Below are positions 8,012-15,229 of a stretch of 24,000 nucleotides of DNA, one piece after another. The notes under the pieces are model-generated. The model ran no database searches. It was not told the DNA's origin and worked only from the letters and a program-made list of their open reading frames with translations. The position numbers and the translations under genes are program-made. The first letter of the stretch is position 1, and every line of letters starts with the position of its first letter. The stretch comes from Acidimicrobiales bacterium (GTDB lineage: Bacteria > Actinomycetota > Acidimicrobiia > Acidimicrobiales > MedAcidi-G1). The stretch spans positions 1-24,000 of the forward strand of contig JAQWOV010000014.1 in the NCBI GenBank assembly GCA_029245675.1, in the 5' to 3' direction.

Positions 8012-8920
8012 ATGGATAAGAACTTAGTGCAAAGTGACGCAAGGCTTTTATGTGACGACTTGCCGCCCGTAGGGCCGTTAGCTCTAGGTCTTTGGCGATA
8101 CACCAACACTGATATTGGTCACGCGACAAATCTACTTGAAGCAGCACTAGATCTCGGCATCAACTTGATAGACAATGCCGATGTTTACGGACTTGATTGG
8201 GGTGGAAACGGGTTTGGAGCCTGCGAAGAACTTCTAGGTCAAGTACTTTCAGGAAGCCCTGAATTACGAGACCAAATAGTGTTGGCAACCAAGGGAGGGA
8301 TACAGCCCCCTGTTCCATATAACTCAAGTAGCGAGTACCTCCGAAAGGCTTGTGAAGATTCTCTTCGCCGTATGAATGTTGAACAGATTGACTTGTATCA
8401 AGTGCATCGCCCTGACATGTACACTCATCCAGCTGAAGTCGCTGCAACGCTTGACAGTCTCGTAGAGGAAGAAAAAGTCATCGCTCTCGGTGTTTCAAAT
8501 CACTCACCCAATCAAATAAAAGCATTGCAGGAACATTTAAGGAATCCTCTTATCGCCGTTCAGCCGGAGTTTTCAGCAGTGCATTTAAGCCCTTTACGTG
8601 ACGGGATTCTTGATTTAGCTGCAGAAAGAGATCTCGTTCCACTGGCATGGAGTCCACTAGCAGGAGGAAGCCTGGCTACCGGAGAAGGTATCCCATCAGA
8701 ACTTGCGGCAGTCCTAGATGAATTAGCTAGCCGCGAATCTGTTGATAGAGCAACTATCGCTATCGCATTTGTTTTATCCCACCCAACTTCACCGATTGCG
8801 ATACTTGGAACTCAAACAATTGAAAGACTAGAAAAACTTTCAGAAGCACTCCAAGTGTCTTTAACAAGAGCAGATGTTTATAAAATCATCCAAGCTTCAG
8901 AAGGCGTCCCTCTTCCATGA
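8012..8920 (+). CDS. Aldo/keto reductase (YdhF-like)
   Basis: 302 aa. It is collinear with E. coli YdhF-type AKRs (DNADVYG, LATKGG, DLYQVHRPD, LGVSNHSP, blocks recalled from memory). AGGAGG lies 6 nt upstream of the ATG. Confidence 0.85.
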   Translation: MDKNLVQSDARLLCDDLPPVGPLALGLWRYTNTDIGHATNLLEAALDLGINLIDNADVYGLDWGGNGFGACEELLGQVLSGSPELRDQIVLATKGGIQPPVPYNSSSEYLRKACEDSLRRMNVEQIDLYQVHRPDMYTHPAEVAATLDSLVEEEKVIALGVSNHSPNQIKALQEHLRNPLIAVQPEFSAVHLSPLRDGILDLAAERDLVPLAWSPLAGGSLATGEGIPSELAAVLDELASRESVDRATIAIAFVLSHPTSPIAILGTQTIERLEKLSEALQVSLTRADVYKIIQASEGVPLP

Positions 8921-9990
8921 GCGAAACTGTTCGGTATGGAGTAATCGGTACAGGATTGATGGGGATCGAACACATTCATAATCTTCAAGCCCTTCCGGGC
9001 GCAGAGATTGTTGCGGTAGCAGACCCCGATCAAAATTCTCTAAATCACGCCAAATCAATAGTGAACCCTCAAACTGGACTTTTTCAGAACTATAGAGATC
9101 TATTAGAACGAGGGGAATGTGATGCTTTGGTAATCGCTACCCCAAATATGACTCATACTGAAATACTTTTAGAAGTTCTAGAAACAGGATTGCCTGCTTT
9201 GGTGGAGAAACCTTTATGCACCACAGTTTCAGATTGCAAAAAAGTTATAGAGAAAGCAGGCAACCAATCAAAGATTTGGGTGGGTCTTGAATACAGGTAT
9301 ATGCCAGCTATCGCAGAACTCATCAGACAAGTAACAGAAGGCAAAGCTGGACCTATAAGTATGGTGGCGATACGGGAACACAGATTCCCTTTTCTCAAAA
9401 AAGTAGGGGATTGGAACCGATTTAATGACAACACAGGAGGAACACTGGTTGAGAAGTGTTGCCATTTCTTTGACCTGATGCGTCTTATTTCTGGATCAAA
9501 TCCAATCCGAGTATTTGCTTCTGGTGATCAAGACGTCAACCACCTTGACGAGAGTTACGACGGCCGCGTTCCAGATATTCTTGATAACGCCTATGTGATC
9601 GTTGACTTCGAGTCGGGAGCTCGCGGCATGCTAGATCTCTGCATGTTTGCAGAAGCATCTCATAATCAAGAAGAAATTTCAGTTGTTGGATCATTAGGAA
9701 AAATTGAAGCACTTGTTCCCGAATCCTTGGTTCGAACAGGCATAAGAGGAGAACATAGTCTCGGAAATATAGATACAAAGATCACATCTCATTCCGGGAT
9801 CCCATACCAAGGGCATCATTACGGTTCTTCATACATTGAACATGAACATTTCTTGAAATCTGTTCTAGAAAACTCTCCTCCGGAAAGTTCGTTAGAAGAC
9901 GGGTTATGGTCAGTGGCTATGGGAGTAGCAGCCCATCAGTCCATAGAAGAGGGAAGAGCCATAAAAATAGAAGAGGTTATGAGGAACTAG
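8917..9990 (+). CDS. Gfo/Idh/MocA-family NAD(P)-dependent oxidoreductase
   Basis: 357 aa. N-terminal Rossmann motif YGVIGTGLMG and the family EKPL motif. ATGA overlap with the upstream AKR. Confidence 0.85.
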   Translation: MSETVRYGVIGTGLMGIEHIHNLQALPGAEIVAVADPDQNSLNHAKSIVNPQTGLFQNYRDLLERGECDALVIATPNMTHTEILLEVLETGLPALVEKPLCTTVSDCKKVIEKAGNQSKIWVGLEYRYMPAIAELIRQVTEGKAGPISMVAIREHRFPFLKKVGDWNRFNDNTGGTLVEKCCHFFDLMRLISGSNPIRVFASGDQDVNHLDESYDGRVPDILDNAYVIVDFESGARGMLDLCMFAEASHNQEEISVVGSLGKIEALVPESLVRTGIRGEHSLGNIDTKITSHSGIPYQGHHYGSSYIEHEHFLKSVLENSPPESSLEDGLWSVAMGVAAHQSIEEGRAIKIEEVMRN

Positions 9991-11058
9991 ATGCCAACTC
10001 ATGACTCTCTAGAAATATCTTGGTTCGCAGCCCTTTGCGATGATGATTACGAATTTCTTGGCGTTCCAGATCCGTTACTGCAAAGTTCATGGGAACATTG
10101 CAAAAAGATCGTACTTAAAGCTGAGGAACAAGGATTCGACAATATTTTGCTTCCCTCGGGCTATCAGTTAGGGATTGATGGCACAAGTTTTGCTTCTGCT
10201 ATAGCAAACCAAACCAAAAAGATCAGACTGCTACTTGCTGTGCGCACCGGAGAAGTTTGGGCCCCACAGCTAGCTCGTCAGATAGCTTCCATAGATCAGA
10301 TAGCTGGTGGCCGTTTAGACATAAATATTATTTCTAGTGACTTGCCAGGCGAGAAAATAGATTCAGAAGAAAGGTATGAACGCACCACCGAATACATGCA
10401 GGTCTTACGGCAGCTCCTTGATGGCCAAGACATTGACTATCAAGGAGAGTTTATAAAATTACAAATTTCTCCTCCCCGTATCAGGACTATTTCTGGCAGT
10501 TGTCCAGCTTATTATTTTGGAGGATTTTCTGAAAATGCAAAGGAAGTGGCGGCGGCCGAAGCAGACGTGTTTCTCACTTGGCCAGACACAGTCGCGGAGG
10601 TTGACAAGACAATAAAGGAAATGACAGACCGCTCAGCAAAGAAGGGGAGAACTCTGAGATACGGTCTCCGAAGTCATGTCATTGTAAGAGAAACAGAAGC
10701 GGAGGCCCGTAAAGCCGCCGTTCAACTAGTGAGCAAACTTGATGATGGAGTTGGAGCAGAGATACGCAATCGTTCGTTAGATGCAAGTTCGGTTGGAGTA
10801 AGTCGACAAATAGAGTTACGTCAAAGTTCGAATCAAGACGGTTTCGCGGAAGAAGGGCTTTGGACAGGGATTGGGAGAGCTCGCAGCGGAGCAGGTGCAG
10901 CAATAGTTGGGGACCCCGACCAAGTCGTGAGAAAAATTAGGGAATATCAACAAATCGGAATTGAAGCATTCATATTTTCTGGATATCCCCATATAGAGGA
11001 ATGCGAAAAATTTGGGCAACTTGTGTTGCCTCATCTCACTCATCACTCACTTACCTGA
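9991..11058 (+). CDS. LLM-class flavin-dependent monooxygenase, SsuD (alkanesulfonate monooxygenase)-like
   Basis: 355 aa. It is collinear with SsuD along the whole length (recalled blocks: isWF, YFGG, LTW, HVIVRET, LWtGiG, GAGaAiVG, SGYPHiEE). The start abuts the upstream stop (TAG|ATG). Confidence 0.8.
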   Translation: MPTHDSLEISWFAALCDDDYEFLGVPDPLLQSSWEHCKKIVLKAEEQGFDNILLPSGYQLGIDGTSFASAIANQTKKIRLLLAVRTGEVWAPQLARQIASIDQIAGGRLDINIISSDLPGEKIDSEERYERTTEYMQVLRQLLDGQDIDYQGEFIKLQISPPRIRTISGSCPAYYFGGFSENAKEVAAAEADVFLTWPDTVAEVDKTIKEMTDRSAKKGRTLRYGLRSHVIVRETEAEARKAAVQLVSKLDDGVGAEIRNRSLDASSVGVSRQIELRQSSNQDGFAEEGLWTGIGRARSGAGAAIVGDPDQVVRKIREYQQIGIEAFIFSGYPHIEECEKFGQLVLPHLTHHSLT

Positions 11059-11083
11059 AGTTGAGAATATTTAGAAAGATAGT

Positions 11084-11182
11084 TTACTTGCCGCGTTGAC
11101 GCTGAGCACGAGTGCGCTTAAGCATCTTGCGATGCTTTTTCTTCCGCATACGTTTACGTCTTTTTTTGATTAAAGATCCCAT
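11084..11182 (-). CDS. 30S ribosomal protein bS22 (actinobacterial micro-protein)
   Basis: Hand-translated; below the ORF-track cutoff. The 32-aa product [32 protein letters not shown] is near-identical in pattern to mycobacterial bS22 ([33 protein letters not shown], recalled). Confidence 0.85.
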   Translation of the reverse strand: [32 protein letters not shown]

Positions 11183-11291
11183 ACCGGCGGATACCGTATC
11201 GTGCAAAGAAGCAGAATTTGCATAAATTGAAGAGTAAATTAATAAAACACTCTGTGATTGGTTATTGAAGCGGTACGATTCAGAACCAGAA

Positions 11292-11364
11292 TGGCCGGTA
11301 GTTCAACTGGCAGAACGCTGGGTTTTGGACCCAGAGGTTGGAGGTTCGATCCCTCCCCGGCCAG
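11292..11364 (+). tRNA. tRNA-Gln (anticodon UUG)
   Basis: Manual cloverleaf of 73 nt: acceptor TGGCCGG/CCGGCCA, D arm GTTC-AACTGGCA-GAAC, anticodon arm CTGGG-TT[TTG]GA-CCCAG, variable loop AGGTT, T arm GGAGG-TTCGATC-CCTCC. It has the U1:A72 pair and G73 discriminator typical of bacterial tRNA-Gln. CCA is not encoded. Confidence 0.85.
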
Positions 11365-11389
11365 CTAATACTTGAAAATAATTCAAACT

Positions 11390-11422
11390 AAAAAGCACTT
11401 CCGAAACACGGAAGTGCTTTTT
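11390..11422. terminator. Bidirectional intrinsic terminator between tRNA-Gln (+) and the lipoprotein gene (-)
   Basis: Perfect 9-bp stem GCACTTCCG (11395-11403) / CGGAAGTGC (11409-11417) with loop AAACA. It is flanked by A5 (11390-11394) and T5 (11418-11422), so a U-tract follows the hairpin on either strand. Confidence 0.65.
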
Positions 11423-11426
11423 GCTT

Positions 11427-12380
11427 TTAGGTCAGACAGCCAAAAGCTGGTTTGAGGGTATTTTCGCAGTACGTGTATTCAGTGGCGTCGTCAACCCAGG
11501 GTTCTATGACGAGGCTCGAAATGTTGTAATCGTAGGTGCATCCGTTACGCCAAAAAAGTCCAAGGTCTTCATGGTCGATGTAGCTGCTAGTTCCATAATC
11601 GAAGTACCAGAAGTTGTAGTACATGGAACAGTCAGCATCCCAACGGTAACCACATTCCTCTGCAGCTTGCGTATCGCCTTCAGCTAAACCGCCCTCGTTT
11701 AGTTCTGTCCCAAAGCGGTATTGAATCTGTTCGCCTATTTCTTCGAGAGTGACAATGTCAGCTACAGCTTCGCAACGATCTTTGTAATCGATAACGAACT
11801 CGTCTTTAACGAGCCATTGAGAACCATCTTCGGAAAGTTCCCACATATCAACCCAATCACCTAAAACAGTGTCGTAGGTGAACCCGGTAGAAAGCATTGG
11901 GAACCAGTAACGAGTAGGAAGGTCTATGCCAGGGGCGATGAGTTCCTCATCCACATAATGATCTTTTCCGTAGTCCCAAGTCCAAAAGTCGTAGTACTCG
12001 CCGGTTTCTTCGTCGAGGCGGAAACCGCATGTTTCAACGAAACCTAAACAGCGAGCCTGAGGTTCAACGATGTACTCTTCTTTCGTTACCCATTCGGAAC
12101 CATCTTCAGACAGATCCCAAAGATCTACATATGTTCCTACCGAAGAATCCCATCCGTAACCACACTCTGGTAGCAGAGCTTCGCAACGAGCGAGAGGGTC
12201 TGGATCTTCTGAGGTTGACGGGGGAACAAACGTCGACGTTGTTGTCGTTGATGTAGTGCTCGTGGTTGACGTGGAAGTGTTTCCAGAAACAGCTGACGTG
12301 TCAGACGTTGACGTGGAGGAGCAGGACAAAGAGAAAGCTAGTAACACGATGGTTAAAAGTTTTAGTGAATATGTTTTCAT
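11427..12380 (-). CDS. Secreted lipoprotein of unrecognised family; acidic, Cys/Trp/Tyr-rich, built of internal repeats
   Basis: The start is re-called to the internal ATG at 12378-12380 (Met101 of the 417-aa track ORF). That start gives a classic lipoprotein signal, MKTYSLKLLTIVLLAFSLS|C, and removes the antisense overlap with the 12487 gene. The 317-aa product has a Ser/Thr linker, then an A-B-A-B repeat architecture plus a related C-terminal module, with 10 Cys after the lipidated Cys. Confidence 0.75.
   Translation of the reverse strand: MKTYSLKLLTIVLLAFSLSCSSTSTSDTSAVSGNTSTSTTSTTSTTTTSTFVPPSTSEDPDPLARCEALLPECGYGWDSSVGTYVDLWDLSEDGSEWVTKEEYIVEPQARCLGFVETCGFRLDEETGEYYDFWTWDYGKDHYVDEELIAPGIDLPTRYWFPMLSTGFTYDTVLGDWVDMWELSEDGSQWLVKDEFVIDYKDRCEAVADIVTLEEIGEQIQYRFGTELNEGGLAEGDTQAAEECGYRWDADCSMYYNFWYFDYGTSSYIDHEDLGLFWRNGCTYDYNISSLVIEPWVDDATEYTYCENTLKPAFGCLT
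11463..12164 (-). repeat. Intragenic protein-level repeats (about 31-34 aa modules, A-B-A-B-C)
   Basis: A1 aa73-106 CGYGWDSSVGTYVDLWDLSEDGSEWVTKEEYIVE (nt 12063-12164). B1 aa118-148 CGFRLDEETGEYYDFWTWDYGKDHYVDEELI (11937-12029). A2 aa165-198 TGFTYDTVLGDWVDMWELSEDGSQWLVKDEFVID (11787-11888). B2 aa243-273 CGYRWDADCSMYYNFWYFDYGTSSYIDHEDL (11562-11654). C aa280-306 GCTYDYNISSLVIEPWVDDATEYTYCE (11463-11543). By hand count, A1/A2 share about 15/34 identities and B1/B2 about 14/31. Confidence 0.7.
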
Positions 12381-12486
12381 TGTTTTCTTTCTTGTATTAG
12401 ATATTAATACTTTTGGCGTTTGAGAAACTCTGTTAGTTCCCAGAGATAAACAAAAGTTATTTTCTAGTGATGCTTCTTTTTCCAAA

Positions 12487-13347
12487 ATGGTCCATGATGA
12501 ATCTATGGCGGAACTTGAAATTTTCGATAACGGAGTTTCTATTGAACAAATCATTCCTTCGTTAGAGCGTGATGGCGCAGTCATTATCCGAGACCTACTG
12601 TCGGCGGAAGCAACTAGCCAAATTATTGAAGACCTTTCCGAAACGTTAGAGGCAAGTACACCTGGTTCGAAAAGCGGCATAGAAAGTTGGGAAGATTTCC
12701 ATGGGGATAAGACAGTTCGTTTCTGTGGACTTGCGGCAAAAAGCCGAGCGTTCGTAGACCATGCTCTCTTAAATGAATATTTAATAAAAGTATCTGACCA
12801 CTACCTTCTCAAAAGTTGTGCAGACTACTGGTTAAATACTGGACAGGTTATGGTAGTTGGGTCATCAGAGCCTGCCCAATATTTACATAGAGACGAAGAT
12901 AATTGGCCAGAAGCTATGAGTAAAGATCATGAAATAACGTTCAGCTGCATGTATGCACTTTCAGATTTCACAAAAGAAAATGGTGGAACTGTGGTAATTC
13001 CAGGATCACAAAACCGTCCAACAGGTGTAATTAGAGGACTGGAAGTCCCACCAGAAGAGATTGCATATGCAGTGATGCCGGCTGGCAGTGGAATGATTTA
13101 CTCCGGCAAAGTAGTGCATGGCGCAGGATCAAATATTACGGAACAAATGCGTTACGGGATGCATGTGAGTTTCGTGGCAGGGTGGCTACGACCAGAGGAA
13201 GCAAGTCCTTTAGTAATCGATAAAGAGACCGCGGCCACGTTGCCGCCGCGAGCCCGTCAACTCTTAGGCTGGGGTTCCTATCACTCGGTCGGCGGAGGAC
13301 GCACTTGGCTCGTTGACTTTGATGATGCCGATCACCTATTTGATTGA
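12487..13347 (+). CDS. Phytanoyl-CoA dioxygenase (PhyH) family Fe(II)/2-oxoglutarate-dependent oxygenase
   Basis: 286 aa. HxD facial-triad element LHRDED, the block ENGGTVVIPGSQ (the family usually reads PGSH), a distal His in VVHGAGSN, and a downstream Arg (RYGMHVSF). Confidence 0.8.
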   Translation: MVHDESMAELEIFDNGVSIEQIIPSLERDGAVIIRDLLSAEATSQIIEDLSETLEASTPGSKSGIESWEDFHGDKTVRFCGLAAKSRAFVDHALLNEYLIKVSDHYLLKSCADYWLNTGQVMVVGSSEPAQYLHRDEDNWPEAMSKDHEITFSCMYALSDFTKENGGTVVIPGSQNRPTGVIRGLEVPPEEIAYAVMPAGSGMIYSGKVVHGAGSNITEQMRYGMHVSFVAGWLRPEEASPLVIDKETAATLPPRARQLLGWGSYHSVGGGRTWLVDFDDADHLFD

Positions 13348-13405
13348 ATCAGAAATGCTCCTAGTCTGTAATACACAAGCCACTAGCAAAGGTAAGCGAC
13401 TTTAA

Positions 13406-14386
13406 ATGGAACTAGTTACCCATAAAAATCTTTATTTAGTCGCCGGACGAGTGAGTCAATCTTTGGGTACAGAAATAGCAAATTTAATGGGCGAGGAACT
13501 TGGCGAACCAAACCTTGAAGATTTCGCCAATGGTGAAATACATTGCAAATTCTCTGAATCCATTCGCGGTAGTGACGTTTTCATCATCCAGACTCACTGC
13601 CAAACACCGGACTCCTCCATCAACGATGCCGTGATGGAACAACTCATCATGGTGGATGCAGCGAAACGAGCGTCGGCGAAACGAATAACAGTGGTTTGCC
13701 CCCATTACGGATATGGGCGCCAAGACCGGAAATCAACTGGACGAGAACCTATTACCGCAAAATTATTGGCAAACCTTTTCAAAAGTGCCGGAGCAAGTCG
13801 CCTAGTGGGAATAGATCTTCATTCAGGTCAGATCCAAGGATTCTTTGATGGCCCAGTAGACCACCTTACGGCCATGCCCGTACTCGTAGAACGACTTAAA
13901 GGTTTAGAAGGAGAAATCTCAATAGTTTCTCCAGATGCCGGTCGAGTAAAAGTGGCTGAACGTTACGCAATGCAACTAGGGGCTGATCTCGCGATTGTTC
14001 ATAAACGTAGAAGCCATACAGCTTTCAATACTGTTGAAGCAAAAGAAGTAGTTGGAGATGTTGATGGCAAGACTTGCGTAATTGTTGACGACATGATTGA
14101 TACAGCTGGAACTATTTGTGCGGCATCAGAACAACTGAAAGAAAAAGGCGCAGAACGAGTGATCGCAGCCACCACTCACGGGGTATTTTCTGGCCCAGCC
14201 ATGGAACGCCTCGCTGAGTCATCAATAGAAAAAGTTCTTGTTACCAATACTTTGCCCATGCCCGAAGGGTACGACAATGAATTAATAGAAGTTCTATCAA
14301 TAGCACCACTAGTAGCAGAAGCGTTGCAAGCAGTATTTCAAGATGCTTCAGTAAGCGAAATCTTTGGCGGAGATCATCTGTCATAG
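13406..14386 (+). CDS. prs: Ribose-phosphate pyrophosphokinase (PRPP synthetase)
   Basis: 326 aa. PRPP-binding loop VIVDDMIDTAGT plus the FANGE and GYGRQDRK motifs. Confidence 0.95.
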   Translation: MELVTHKNLYLVAGRVSQSLGTEIANLMGEELGEPNLEDFANGEIHCKFSESIRGSDVFIIQTHCQTPDSSINDAVMEQLIMVDAAKRASAKRITVVCPHYGYGRQDRKSTGREPITAKLLANLFKSAGASRLVGIDLHSGQIQGFFDGPVDHLTAMPVLVERLKGLEGEISIVSPDAGRVKVAERYAMQLGADLAIVHKRRSHTAFNTVEAKEVVGDVDGKTCVIVDDMIDTAGTICAASEQLKEKGAERVIAATTHGVFSGPAMERLAESSIEKVLVTNTLPMPEGYDNELIEVLSIAPLVAEALQAVFQDASVSEIFGGDHLS

Positions 14387-14504
14387 GTAAAGATTCAGAC
14401 CGGAATGACCCAATTCTTCGCTAGAATCGTTCATCGGTCTTAATACAAATAGATAAAGATCTATTCGAAACAACAGTTTTGTATATAAATAAGAAAGTTT
14501 TTCA

Positions 14505-15188
14505 ATGGAAGAGATTGTGCTTGCAGCAGATACCGGTCGAAACTCCGGCACACGGACATCAAAACGGCTACGAACAACAGGGAGCATTCCAGGAGTTCTT
14601 TATGGCCTTAGCGACGACTCAATACCCCTATCCGTAAAGTGGCCAGAGTTGCGCCTTGCCCTCACGACTGATGCTGGCGTGAATGCTGTTATCCAACTCG
14701 AAGTAGATGGAAAGCGTCATATGAGTATCGTGAAAGATATTCAACGTCATCCAGTGAGACGAGATGTGATACACGTTGATTTTCTTCGCATTGATCCAAA
14801 TCAGACAGTAACTGTAGATGTTCCAGTCATCATGATAGGAGACGCATTAGAGGTAACTCAGGCCAACGGAATGGTTGATCAAAACCTCTTCTCGCTGACT
14901 GTTGACGCTCCTCCTATGTCCATCCCGAATGAATTTAAAGTCGATATTTCAAGCTTGACGGTTGGAGATGCGATCCGAGTATCAGATATTGGATTACCTG
15001 AAGGCGTTACCACTGAGGCTGATCCTGAAGAAACTGTTGCGGTCGGAATGATCACTCGATCCACACTTGAAGCCATGGCGGCTGAAGAAGCTGCTGCAGC
15101 TGAAGGCGAAGAAGGCGAAGAGGGTCAAGAAGTCGGAGCAGAAGCTTCCAGCGAAGACCAGGGTGACTCCGAAGATTCTGAAGAGTAA
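14505..15188 (+). CDS. rplY: 50S ribosomal protein L25/general stress protein Ctc
   Basis: 227 aa. It has the L25 N-terminal domain (RLRTTGSIPGVLYG), the Ctc-type second domain, and a Glu/Ala/Ser-rich acidic tail. The prs-rplY-pth order is conserved. Confidence 0.9.
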   Translation: MEEIVLAADTGRNSGTRTSKRLRTTGSIPGVLYGLSDDSIPLSVKWPELRLALTTDAGVNAVIQLEVDGKRHMSIVKDIQRHPVRRDVIHVDFLRIDPNQTVTVDVPVIMIGDALEVTQANGMVDQNLFSLTVDAPPMSIPNEFKVDISSLTVGDAIRVSDIGLPEGVTTEADPEETVAVGMITRSTLEAMAAEEAAAAEGEEGEEGQEVGAEASSEDQGDSEDSEE

Positions 15189-15229
15189 CAGTTTGCACTG
15201 TCGTCCAGCCTCGGTTTGGAGAGGTTGCC

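Noticed and set aside
12394-12410. The inverted repeat GTATTA-gatat-TAATAC in the lipoprotein/PhyH divergent spacer
   Set aside because: The arms are 6 bp and consist almost entirely of A/T in an AT-rich spacer, so it is easily a chance occurrence. It cannot be distinguished from -10-like promoter sequence.
12381-12680. The N-terminal 100 codons of the 417-aa minus-strand track ORF (11427-12680)
   Set aside because: This part has no signal peptide or other protein-like features and runs antisense through the start of the PhyH gene (12487). The internal Met at 12378-12380 begins a textbook lipoprotein signal peptide, so the extension is read-through of open frame rather than coding sequence.
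11365-13405. An integrated mobile element or genomic island at tRNA-Gln
   Set aside because: There is no integrase, recombinase or transposase gene, and no direct repeat of the tRNA 3' end at the prs side (13348-13405). Only the synteny break supports this idea, and that is reported as a lower-confidence finding.
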